A program made the translations under genes and the position numbers. The notes beneath the pieces are model-generated. The model saw only the letters and a list, made by a program, of their open reading frames with translations, ran no database searches and had not been told where the DNA came from. A stretch of DNA of 63,013 bases, the filler included, from Rhabdomonas costata (Eukaryota), in NCBI GenBank assembly GCA_019059605.1. It is 37 parts of 37 records of this genome, joined end to end, with 100 filler letters (N's around TTAATTAATTAA, not from the genome) between each part and the next. Parts side by side here need not be neighbours in the genome. Positions count along the whole stretch, not along the records: positions 39,261 to 40,865 come from JAHMHO010012172.1; positions 40,966 to 42,569 come from JAHMHO010012173.1; positions 42,670 to 44,273 come from JAHMHO010012174.1; positions 44,374 to 45,978 come from JAHMHO010012175.1; positions 46,079 to 47,682 come from JAHMHO010012176.1; positions 47,783 to 49,386 come from JAHMHO010012177.1; positions 49,487 to 51,091 come from JAHMHO010012178.1; positions 51,192 to 52,795 come from JAHMHO010012179.1; 29 more parts are not named here. One strand, given 5' to 3'. Positions 39,261 to 51,564 of the stretch are shown in pieces. How positions within the stretch are numbered: position 1 is the stretch's first letter; each line of letters opens with the position of its first letter.

Positions 39261-40865
39261 TATAGTGGTGTTGGTGCTATGGATGATGCTGATACTGACG
39301 CTGCGTTGTGGGGTTGAATGCTCCTACCGCTATGGTGGAATGTAGTAGCAATGCCCACTCTAAGGTGGTGGAGTGGAATATGCATGCCAGCTGCTAACCT
39401 TACCAGGATGTCAGGGTGTCAGAGTGATTGAGTGAGGATGTCAGGATGTCAAGATGTCAGGATGTGATGCTGATGCTGATGCTGATGTCGATGCTATACC
39501 ACTGCTGCTGACACGCTGATGTTGAGCGTAGGAGCATTCAACCCCACAACGCAGCGTCAGTATCAGCATCATCCATAGCACCAACACCACTGTAGCGTGA
39601 CACCCTAGCATCCTGACAGCAGCGTTACCACCACTATCCCTAGGACGTCAACACCATTGTGTAGCTCCGTACAACCACCAACAAGCACTTCTGGTATGGC
39701 TGACATTAATGCTATCACCAACATCGTCAGCGTAGGTGTGGCTATATGCTACCACTAACCTTACACCTGACATCACCATCTGGTTGGCTGTCATGCTATT
39801 CGTACAACTACCACTCTATGGTGTAGGGCTACCACATGCATACACCACCTATTGGCTGATGTTGGCTGGGTTGAGCCTTAGCCTGACCTTCTAGCTTCCT
39901 CCGGAGGGGTTTACCGGTCATGGCTCCTCAATGCTACTGAACGCCATACTGTTGCCATGGACTCGTCCCACTTAAGCGCATATGGTTCCATCACCGCATC
40001 ACCGCGGTTTACCCTTCTACTCGCTTACTCTTACGTTGCCTCTCGTGCGTGGGGGCGTCTGGATTCCAGCCTTCCAGTTCCATTCGCATACAATAGTCGC
40101 TTTTCAACTAAAGTAGGTACAGAAGGCTAACTTGATCACTTAAGGTCTTTCGCTAGGGTCCAGCTATGCAGATGTCGATGGAAATTTCTTCAAAACGCAA
40201 ACCAACTTGGATATCACGAGGGACAGCCGCAGAACCGAAGGCAGAAGGCGAAGGCAAAGATCGAAGGCAACGGCAGAAGGCAAAACCCAAAGGCAAGAAC
40301 TCCGACGCACAAACACCCTCAACTCGAATACGAAACGAATACCAAAGACCGAATACCGAAGACCGATGACAGAACCCCGAAGACGAAAACGCGAAACACA
40401 AACACCCAAGATCCAAATTTACGACCCCTGGGTGAGAAAGACAAAGATGTAGGGGTATGTGTAAGAGGGGCCCCTCCACGCCACCAGATGCAGAGTGAGA
40501 GATGCACTCTACCACCACCTGAGGGCCAGGTAGTGGGAGGGGCCCAGAATGTATGGTGGGTCGTGAGGTAGCTACGCTCCCTCACTCCCAAAATGCAGAA
40601 CCCCAGACTCAGACGTCCTCACTCCCCACCCTAAGTGTGTGCGTTCGTTCTCTACTCCTAGTCGCATGCTCCGTACCTCGCATGCTAGTAAGAGATGCTG
40701 CTCGTCGATGCTAGCGCATCTCCTACTGTATGTAAGATAGGAGCATGGGAGCGCATCGACAATGCGACCATTTTACATACAGGAGGAGATGCGCCAGCAT
40801 CGACGACCAGCATCAATACTAGCATGTGAGGGACCTATCATGCGTAGTAGTATCTTCCTCGGCAT
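39261..40865. other. Second putative mitochondrion-derived contig: nad4/nad2/nad5-like pieces between repeat-rich, hairpin-forming flanks
   Basis: IWLAVMLFVQLPLYGVGLPHAY...MLAGL (39778-39894), WLLNATE (39921-39941), LLAYSYVASRAW (40017-40052). AGGATGTC, TGATGC, GAAGGC and CGAATAC repeats; two long inverted repeats. Confidence 0.55.
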
Positions 40866-40965
40866 NNNNNNNNNNNNNNNNNNNNNNNNNNNNNNNNNNN
40901 NNNNNNNNNTTAATTAATTAANNNNNNNNNNNNNNNNNNNNNNNNNNNNNNNNNNNNNNNNNNNN

Positions 40966-42089
40966 GGTGGGGGTGGGCCGGCCGCTCGATCGAGAGCTGA
41001 ACTTCCTTCGTCAGGTGGATCACCAGGAAGTGCGCCTCGGCGGCTTGGTCCGAGGTCCGTGCCACTCCCGCGGCTACGACGCGGACGTCATCCTCCTGCG
41101 ATCCCACATCCACAGAGAGCGCAAAGGAAGCAGAGCACAGAATCGGAGGGAAGCCCCACATTTTGTGCCCACGCTCTCTCTCTCTCTCTCTCTCTCCACG
41201 AGATCGATGAAGGTGACGTCGCCTTGGTAAAAAGCGCGCCTCGCGCCTTCCAAACCCCGGTCTCCGGGCTCTCCCATGCAATAAGATGCGGTGTGTGGTC
41301 TGGCATTTGCCCTGACAAGGATCCAGATATGAAACCCGGGAGCAAGTTAGAAGAAGCCACATGTGCGAGGATAAATATCCCAGAAGAATACTGATTTCAC
41401 GAACGCCATGCAGTATGAGTACAACATATGTATCAGCCAACCAAGCAAACCACCCAAAAACGAAGATGTGGTGCTCACAGTGGCGTACCGCGTCCTCCAC
41501 CTCGAGGTCATGGGAAGAGAAGGAGAAGAAGTACTTGTGCATGTGGAGCAGCAGCTCCTTAATCGAGTAGGGTCTGAGGCAAGCGTGCGCATATCCAAAC
41601 AAGGTGAGGCTGGCGATAAACGCCGAGGACAGGGACCTGCTGTGGTCGCAGTGGAATGTTTCCCGAAAAAGCCTGATACGCCGAACCGTGTTCGTGTCTC
41701 ATGTTGTTTTTTGTTGGAACTTCAAAGAACGCCGAGTAAAAGTAACTGGAGTTAGGGTGGGGACTGTTAAAGGTTACTAGATGCGTGAAAATTGACATAG
41801 CGATTAAGCCTTTTTCAACCAACTGCGGGTTGGATAAAGTTTGCTGGGAGGCGAAGTGCCTGCTGAGCGGGACCACCACCGTGTTGCGCACGGTGCCAAG
41901 CTGCAGGGCAGTGTACGCGGGGAGCTCCGGTGGGGTGACGATGAGGTGCTGGAAGTCCTTCGCCACCAGCAGGCCCTTCAACACTGAGTTGGGCCGGGGG
42001 TACGCCGAGGCCGCGCTGCCCACCACCCGCACCACGCTCTCGCGGGCAAAGTGCAGCTTCACCACGTCCGTGTTCTTCGGGGAGTGCAC
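40966..42089 (-). CDS. CPSF3: CPSF73/YSH1 3'-end processing endonuclease, C-terminal part; exons 41860-42089, 41489-41573 and probably ~40966-41096
   Basis: VHSPKNTDVVKLHFARESVVRVVGSAA...LKGLLVAKDFQHLIVTPPELPAYTALQLGTVRNTVVVP matches CPSF73 after the beta-CASP domain. Confidence 0.88.
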
Positions 42090-44373
42090 CTGCGAGAATG
42101 AGTAAGACCCACAGCAACAAGAGCAAAGGGGAGGCCATCTCAAAAGAGAGCTTTTCGAGTTGCAGACACAGGCCAATGAAAGCCTCGAGATAAGGTTGGT
42201 TGTCAGGAAGCAGGCAAAAGCTGGTGCTTGAGATTCCCACTGTTTGTGAGTGCGCTGTTCCGCATAAAGGCTTTCTACTTTGACCAAGGTACAGGGTATG
42301 TTTGTTCGTTCGCGTTTTATATGCAATGAACACCGTAGACAAACGAGTCACAAAGCACAAACACGACACAGGTGTGGTGTCGAGTACACCTCCCCAGAGG
42401 CCCCAGTGCGGAAACAAAAGGAAATAAATGTGTATCAAAAGGCGGGGCACGCTCCGATATTCCGCGATCCCCCACCCCACAACTTTCTTGAAGAATAGAT
42501 AAGGTGGCAGGTAGAAAAGCACAAAGAATGACATGCAGAGTTGTCGAGGCCGAGAGGGGGAGGGGCGGGNNNNNNNNNNNNNNNNNNNNNNNNNNNNNNN
42601 NNNNNNNNNNNNNTTAATTAATTAANNNNNNNNNNNNNNNNNNNNNNNNNNNNNNNNNNNNNNNNNNNNTTGTTGGGGAGAAGGACGTGGCCCACGAGGA
42701 CAATGGCGGGGCCCACACCGTGATCTCCGGGCTGATGGGACTGGTCAGCGTGAAGCGGCGGCACTGGTGTGCTTTCGTGGCTCCCCCTGCGAGCCCTTTT
42801 TCCTATCGCCCTTGTGCTTTTTATGACCAGTGTGTATTCCATTTTTTTGGTCTCGGATGGATGGCAATGGCGGAAACGGAAAAGTTGTTGGGACATGCTT
42901 GGTCGGTCTTGTTGGGGGCCGGGGGGGAGGTCTTCTCGGTGGCCCTTAGGCGGTGCCATTGGTCGTCTGTCATAGTTTCAGTGGCGGCATGCTCAGTGAG
43001 TGAAAAAAAAAAGGAGAAAGGTTGACCAAATGCTTTCGAGCCTGGCAGGATGGTGCCTACCTTTTCACTTCTCTTTCCCTGTCCTTCCGCAGCACTGCGG
43101 CTCCCGTGGAGAAGCCCGCGGAGGGTGCCCAACTAGGAAATCCCTCCTGGGCATTTCCTGTGGGCCGCCCAGGTCTCACTGCTGCACCGCCAGTGAGGCC
43201 CATTCTCTCTTGCAGTCCCCCCTGTGTACTTAGAACACGACGGGGTATCCGAATTAGATCTTGCAATGTGGTTTTGCACAAAAATTCACTTCGGGGCTGG
43301 GGTGGTATGCTTGGGTGTGTGTTGTGTGTAGTCACCATTGGTCTCATCTTCATTTTCTGTTGTGTAGTTGCCGCTTACAAGCGAGGAAGTCGATGAATTC
43401 AGTTTGGGGAGAATCATGAGTCGCAGGCACCACAAACCCAATAAAACGTCCTTTTTCTATCCACAATCTGGAGATGGAGAAGAGCGGGGGAGCTCAGATT
43501 TGACGAGAAGACAGATTTTACTCCATTGGTTCTCCCTTGTTTCCTCCTGTTTTGTTCGCCCAGGGAACGCAGGTGCAGGTGGTGGCGGTGTTGCCGCATC
43601 TGAATCTGACGGGTCAGCTGGGGAGGCTCCCCGGTAATTGCAGTGGAGTAAATTTTTCTTCCATATTTGTTGCTCTGCATACTCTTCGCTCACCGATTCA
43701 CCCTCTGCTGACTGGCATCTTGGGCATAATTTGGGATGAGTGAACTGGAGAAGAATGAATTTCAGGCAGGTTATCGTTTGCAAAGGAGAACCGCGTGATG
43801 TGGCCCCACTTCACATCAACATTTTGAACATCTAATGTCCAGAAACTCGGGAGACGTCTAGGCAATAAAGAGGACATAGGCAGGGAAGTGTCACCTTAAA
43901 TCGTTTTTGATTCTTCATTCGCTATTAAGTCTGAAACTTTCTTTTCACAGACAGTTCTCACTATTGAAGTGAAGTTGAAGAAGCAGAGAGATGCTCGGGA
44001 ACCCTCTCCTGCCCTGCTTCTCAGGTCGGCAGAGGCCAAGGATATAGCCAAGAGCCCCGTCATGTTTGGGACGCTGCGCGTGCGCCGGCGGCGGTCTTCG
44101 TCGTGCACCTCCGCCTCTGGCGAGGACTATGCCGAGTATGCTGGGGGTTCACTCTTGCAATTGGGGGAGTACAACTTGAAAGTTGTTCATGCATAGCACC
44201 ATAACCCCAAATACCGACACCAACCAACCACAACCCCACATATCACAGCAGCCAAACCCCAGAACCAACAACCNNNNNNNNNNNNNNNNNNNNNNNNNNN
44301 NNNNNNNNNNNNNNNNNTTAATTAATTAANNNNNNNNNNNNNNNNNNNNNNNNNNNNNNNNNNNNNNNNNNNN

Positions 44374-45978
44374 TTTGGTGTTCCGAAACGGGATCAATAC
44401 AACCTTCGTATATCGGTCCTTGACCGTTAAGATCTCGTTAATCGGCTCTTCAAACTGCCACAACGTTTTCGGCATCGTACCGAAGTCCATGGAAATTGAC
44501 TCCCACTTCCTCACTGGAACTGCTAACACTTGCGTGTGCCCTCTTGGCAAATGAAGATATGCCTTGCAACGCTGACAAATGTCACAGGTACGAGCATAAG
44601 CCTTCACCTTCCTCTTCATGTTCCTGGACATGAAAGTCCTCTTCAACATGGCTGTGGTCCTGGACACTGCCCTGCAGCTGGGGAATCGTGGTACTTCGAA
44701 ATGGCTTCTTTCTCCCACTGGTAGGGCACCACAATCTTTCCTGCATCCCAAATCCGTCCATGATGCCACTTCGTTGGGTCCAGCAACTCCGACGTCGTCA
44801 AATTGAAATACTTCATCCAAGTCGCTGGGTCCAACCAGTAGTCAGACCACCACTCTTCTGGCTCTACGGAATCTACTCGCATCGGCGCACACAGCGGCCC
44901 ATCAAAGGACACTCTTACAAACTCAAACTGCCCTTCCGATGAACTTGCCAACTGACTATCCACAGTGATGGCCTCCAAACCTTGCCCTTTGACATGGTAA
45001 CGCGATAACGCATCCGCTACCACTTTTGAACTACCTGGAACATGCGAAAAAATTCAACGTGTAACGCTGCAACTTCCCCAACCACCTGACCTGTCGCGGT
45101 GACGGTATGGGGTTCTTCTGCAAATAACTCAACGCTGAATTGTCAGTAAACACTCTCGCCTCAGCTCTCAACAAATAACATCCAAATATCCTCCACTCCT
45201 CGAAAGTGTCCACCAGTGCCAACATCTCTTTCTCGTGAACTGGGTAATTCTCCTCGGCACTTGACAACTTCCTCGACCTACATGCAAAGAGATGCATCTG
45301 CCCGTTGTCCCCCCCTTGAGACAACGTCGCTCCAATTCCCACTTCTGACGCATCTGTCGGCACCATCGGCTTCTTGAAATCAGGAACTTTTAACACAGGG
45401 TGTTTCAAAAACCTCAGCTTCAGCGTCTGAAACGCTTTCTTCTGCAGCTCTCCCCAATGCCATTCCTCCTTCCTCTTCATCGGGTCCGTTAATGGCGCTG
45501 CTACTGTGGCGTAATCTGGAACAAACCTCTGGTAAAACCCACAACGCCATAGAAAGCTCTTCACATCTACTGGGTTTTTCAACGCCGGCCATTTGTGCAC
45601 AGCCATCAACTTCCTCGGCTGCGGCCTGATGCCATCACTCCCCAAAATGAAGCCGCAATACTCCACTTTTGGCTGCTCGAAACGCACTTCTCCTGATTGG
45701 CAAACAACTTTTCTCTGTCCAATCTCTCGTACAACACCCACAACGCTTCGACATGGTCTTCCAATGTGTCCGTGTGCACCAGGATGTCGTCAAAATACGC
45801 TGTTGTGCTCCTCAAGTCTTCCAAAAGAAAATTCATCGTCCTCTGAAACGTCGCTGGTGCATAACACAACCCGAACGGCATTGCAAGAAACTAACCATAT
45901 TTCGTCTTGAACGTCGTCCTCTCAACATGCTCGTGGTGAATCCTTATCTGACGAAACCCCGAATGCAAATCTAACTTC
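44374..45978 (-). mobile_element. Ty3/Gypsy LTR retrotransposon pol (RT-RNase H-integrase), degenerate
   Basis: MPFGLCYAPATFQR, AYFDDILV, TDASEVGIGATL, NYPVHEKEMLA, VADALSR, then integrase-like CDICQRCK...WESISMDF. Domain order is RT-RH-INT; several frameshifts and stops. Confidence 0.95.
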
Positions 45979-47782
45979 NNNNNNNNNNNNNNNNNNNNNN
46001 NNNNNNNNNNNNNNNNNNNNNNTTAATTAATTAANNNNNNNNNNNNNNNNNNNNNNNNNNNNNNNNNNNNNNNNNNNNGGGTTTGTGTTGTGTACCGTTG
46101 TCACTTAGAGAGTTTTTCTGCGGCTGTGCTGGCCGGGTGCTCTTTGACTTCGCTATAGAGGTTTGGGTCGTTCGAGCCGAAGTTGGCGGTGCTTGTTTTG
46201 AAAACCCAGGATCCAAGCACCTTCCTCCACGCTAGTCAGCCACTTATATATAAGTTCGGGAGCGTCATCTGCAGTGAGCCTTCCCTCAGTTTCCGTCATC
46301 ACGGGCACTGCTGCTCGGGCGCAAGAGTTTTTTCAGCGACTGACGTTCGTCACAAAGCAGACATACAACGCGAGATGTGCGTGGATTGCAAAACGGCAAG
46401 GTCGGAGAAATGCTGGAGTGGGAAAAGTGAAGAGCACACATCGAGCTGTATGTGGTGAGCACATTTGAGCATAAACCGAATTGAAAGTCGTCCGGGGGAA
46501 TTGGGAACTCCAGTGATCGGTGCTCGTGATCTTCTCCTCTGTGAAGAAGACCAGCGCTCGACAACAGCTAGTAGCAGGCGTTTGAGAGCTCACAAGGATG
46601 GTGCGTGTGCGGAAGGCCGCTTTCAGTCAAACTGATAAAAATGCAGAGTATAGAGGTCAAGGGAGCGACTAATCCACGGAGGTGCCTTTTTGAGAGGATA
46701 GGCGGTCCAAATCCAGATGGAGCCTGGCTCGCCGATAGGGCTGAAATCTTAGCCATGGGTGCAATGTTCGTCGATTTGCAGGTGTTGGATCTTTTTAGGA
46801 GCCGATCGGTGACCCGATAGTCTCGTTTTCGAATAGCCGGCTCGCCAAATCAGCTTCATGGCCTTTAGGTTATCCAAAACCGTTTACAAAGTCGGCTCTC
46901 ACGCAACGGTGACTCTATTCTTTTTCACTAACCCAATTGTCTTCCGAAATCCGAAAAAATGGGGGGGGGGTGTTTCCTGTAACCCCTGTGGTCTGGAGCG
47001 ATAAGTAGGAGGTGGCTCCGAGTTGCCATGACTCGCAGTGGCCGTCGTAGTGCCTTTCACAATCACTAAAGCGATTACTTGCCCTCATTTATTTCGCCTT
47101 TACTCGGGTTTCGCCCCTGCGAAACGTCAGTATGCCTCTATGGTTGTGTCTTCCATGTATCCATGATTTCCAGCTCACCACCGCGAACCATGAAAAACAA
47201 GGCCCAGCATCATCATGTCACTCGCAGATTCCTGATTTCTGAGACTGGCTCGTCTCTCATCACAGAGGATTCTTTCCGCCACGTCTCGTTGTGTTCGGCA
47301 GGATACGTGCTGTTGTTTGTTTTCTTTTTGTTCTAGTATTATCCTCGATGGCGGTGTGCACGCCGTGGGGAAGTTTCCCCTTGCTCCAGACTACCCTTGC
47401 AGTAGCGATCTTTGTACTGTTTGGGCGCAGGGCCGGTCCAGGGATCATCACGTGGGACTCTGCACCTATCTCCATGCCACGGCTGGAGTGCCGGACTGCT
47501 CGCAGTGTTGCTTGGGACTCATCCTCGCTTCCCTTGCCGATAGGCGAGCCTAAGGAAAAGGTCTCCTATGAGCCCAACTGGACCTTTTTGCATGCTTCTT
47601 GTGGAATGCAGGACAAGGACTTTGCAAAGGACTTCCCCGGGCCTGTGCCGTGGAACCTAACCTGCTACTCCACCAACCCCCCNNNNNNNNNNNNNNNNNN
47701 NNNNNNNNNNNNNNNNNNNNNNNNNNTTAATTAATTAANNNNNNNNNNNNNNNNNNNNNNNNNNNNNNNNNNNNNNNNNNNN

Positions 47783-48480
47783 TTTGTTTGTGCACTTGTC
47801 GGATGGCGTGCATGTGTTCCTCAAGCGCGTTAGTGAAGATTAGCACATCGAAAATGTACGCTCCGGCAAACTCACGGAGATCGGACAGACAACAAAGTCC
47901 ATCGTCCGTTGGAAGGTAGAGGGTGGTTACACAACACAAATGGCATGAAACGGTAGTGAAACGTGCCATACTTGGCCTTAAAGGCAGTACGGTAGACGTG
48001 CTTCGGGTACACTCGGATTTGGTGAAAGCCATAGTGGAGGTCAAGCTTGGTGAAGTAGCAAGCCTTCACCACCTGGTCAATCATTTCATCAATCCTCGGT
48101 AGGGGGTAGGCGTCTATTGTAGTGATTGCGTTCAAAGGTCGGTAGTCAACACAAAGTCTAAGTTTTCCGTTAGCTTTGTGTGCAAAAAGGATGCCTGCTC
48201 CGTAGGGAGACACGGTAGTTTCAACAAATCTAAGATCCGTTGGTTCCAACAGCTGCTTTCGCAACTTCTGATCTTCAAGGTGGGACAAGCAGTAGCGTCG
48301 TTGTGCTGGAACTTTTGCGTCCGTCACCAGGTTTATTTTGTGATCGGTAGGACGTGGGTGGGAAGACTTCGGGGCAGCTTGTCTGGGAAGAGATGGGCGA
48401 ATTCTTGGTTGACTTCAAGGACCTCCTTAGGCACGGGGACCACAGATTTCGTGGTCGAGGTTTTTGAGACCAAGCGGAAT
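47783..48480 (-). mobile_element. Ty3/Gypsy RT N-terminal half, degenerate second copy
   Basis: SPYGAGILFAHKANGKLRLCVDYRPLN...YPLPRIDEM...FTKLDLHYGFHQIR...TAFKAKYG...MPF; frameshifted, YxDD decayed to YIFDV. Confidence 0.93.
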
Positions 48481-51400
48481 CTCCACGAGACGATGTGGGG
48501 ACAGCTTTCGTCTTCTCTCGGATTTTAACTTCGGCTTTGCTAGGCTTGAGATCTGCGGGCAGTCTCGATTGGAGAGTTCCTCGGCGTCCTCTGTTTGCAA
48601 AAAGCGCGGATGGTAGCGAGGGCTTTGCCGAACCAGCGCGGGAGGCATCTGCAATGTCGGGTTTGCAGGGGTATGCCTTCCGTCTGTCTGGTTCTGAACC
48701 TGCTACGAGGTTTGTCGGTGAGAACGCACTCGTGTGGGCTTCGGCGTGATTGGCCCTTTCAGCCATCCGGAACAGGGCAGACGCAGGTAGGGCAGGAAAA
48801 CCTACCCGAACCCTACCCGCGGGTTGTTATCACATCAAGACGACGTACAAATGAAAAATCCAGGCCCGTGGGCGCCACCATCAATTTAACGCAGTTCATG
48901 CCCAAACTTCAACGGGCCAGCGTGCGCAGCCACACCGCCACGATAGCAGCATCCCTTTACCCCAACAACATTGCCGCCTTTTCTGGTTTTCTTTTCGCCG
49001 AAGGAAAGCGGCTGAATAGGAAATCGGCGCGTTCAATAGAATGCCCTGGTTGCGGAAGGTGGGGGATTTATTTTCCAGGGGACCGCCCGGAAATGTCAAT
49101 GTTCCAACACCACCCCGGTGCAAAGCGGCTCTGTTTGGGCCTTTCCGCTCCCCACTACGTTTCTTTGGACGCCTGCTTCCCTTCCCCAGGCTCGGGCCTT
49201 TGAGCAAACCCCTTCTGAAACACACCTCGCACATTTGGCTTCGGTTTGCCGTGGCCGCTTCGCTACGGACGCGGGTATCGACTTGCCATCCCCAACGTGG
49301 GTGCGTTCTCGGGCGCGGGCGGAGCGTATGTTTACGCCCTTGCGTGTACACGGGTGATTTGCGCACCTCAATTCCTTTTTGTTATTNNNNNNNNNNNNNN
49401 NNNNNNNNNNNNNNNNNNNNNNNNNNNNNNTTAATTAATTAANNNNNNNNNNNNNNNNNNNNNNNNNNNNNNNNNNNNNNNNNNNNTGCGCTGACCTCGG
49501 CTTCGGGCTGCCTCTCCTCTCGCGGGGTTGTTCTTCTTCAGCTTCTCGTCCCGCTCTGCTTCTTCTCGTCGGCTTGCCCTCCTGCACCGGGGTCCCACTG
49601 CGCTTTTCCAAGGCCTTCTCCTCAACTCTTCTCCTTAACTCCTTACCAACTTCTGCGACTAACCAAGCTTCCAAGCTACTACGAAAATCTTGTCAGGCTC
49701 ACCAAGCTGTCTCTTTTATTTTCTACTACAAAACGTTCTGCCTACGTATGCTGAGCCGTTACACCTCCCATATGTTATTGCGATGGCCAAAAGCCAAAGA
49801 CATTTTTTTTAAAAGATTGCGGACCAGACTTGGGAAAGACTCCAGGAAATCATGGGGAAATGAGACCCCCAACCGTCAAGAGAAGGCCAGTTTAAACCAA
49901 CGGCGCACCACGTGGCGGCGAACATGCCTATTGTTTTATTTTCCACGGATATTGTGGTCCGAGTGGGTCCTTGGCGCCCATTCCCATGAGGTTCCGACGC
50001 GACTTCGGCGACTTAGCAGTTGTATTTTTACGACCTTCGATAGGATCACATTTTCGACGCCGGCCCCTTCATGTCAAACCAATAACTGACTAATTCGATA
50101 TAATAATCATGTGGGACACCCTGTCATCTTAACAGGACACGCTGCAGATCCAGAAGAGCAATACACAGAGCACGCATGCAAACCAGGCAACACGGTACGG
50201 GGAAACAGAACGTGGCTGGCCACACCCACGTCATGGAGGCAAAACTGAGGTGAAGTGGAGGAGCACCACACGGCACAGGTGAACACAGGCACACAAAGTG
50301 ATGCGCAAGCCGTCGGGAGAGCCTGCCGCAGCGATAGAGAAGCACCGAAACCAACCAAATTACAAGCAAAAGAGCACTGCATTCGGCCCCAGTCAGCCCT
50401 CCACGGTGGTTCGCGGTGGAGGATCCCCTCCCTTGGGCTGCAGGCTTTTCAATCCCTCACTCCTGCATGACCACTTTGAAATACCAAAAAAAAAAAGAAA
50501 AGAGATGTCCAGTGAAGTTGCTCACAGGAGCGCTTGCCAGGCAAAACTTTGCGGTTTTACACAACACAGCAGAGCAGCAGACGAAATGAAAACAGGTAAA
50601 AAAGCGCTACCGGCTGGGAGCCAGCAGGGAAATAAATGAGTGTGGCGCCGATTTGCGAAGGCGTGGGGTCATTTCACTCATCTCCTGTGTACGGAGCGTT
50701 GAATTACGATTTTTTTCTTCTACTTTTGGATCAGAGCCTTTGTTAAGGCGGGGAGGGGGGTTATCATGGTATCGTGGTTGCCAACGTTTGACCAGCCTCA
50801 AAGTGATCTTCAAAGAACCGAGGCAGCTGTACAAAATCAACAATCGGAAGCCACTGCTAAAAGAACAGTAAGGAATTCGCCCAGCGATTTTTCGTTGCCC
50901 CCTTCGTTTATGCCATTAACACGCGCGGTGTTGCGCGCATTTATGTGTACTCGAGTGGAATAACAGACATGCACGTCTGCGCGTAAGTGGGCGGGATAGG
51001 GAATAACCCCTCTTCTGCCCCTTCCCCTGCGCACACAAACAAACAAACTCAACCACTCACTCTCTGGCTTTCCCAAAACACCACCAAACACNNNNNNNNN
51101 NNNNNNNNNNNNNNNNNNNNNNNNNNNNNNNNNNNTTAATTAATTAANNNNNNNNNNNNNNNNNNNNNNNNNNNNNNNNNNNNNNNNNNNNCTCCGCCCA
51201 AAGTCTTTCAGCGACCCTCGAAGATTGAGCAGAAGATCGAAGCCTGAAGAGCGAAAAGTGTTGCAGGAGATGCTAACACTTTGTGTCTTCGTTGCGGTCG
51301 AGAAGGGGTTTCCAGACCCGCACGAGGGACTTTGAAATGGCTTTTTGACGGGCACCGACCATTGTAAAGTCCAATCTGGATGAAGGAAAAAATACAATGG

Positions 51401-51564
51401 ACTGTGGCCGGGTGCATTGCACACCCGTCACCTGCTTCTCCCGGAAAACCCCAAAACAACGCGCACGCATATACACAGAGAGAACCGCCGGGCAATCGTG
51501 CTCCTGTTTTTGCACGCCCTCTGCTTTTCTGTGCCCTTCGCTCTGTGCTGCGCTGCGCCCGCAG

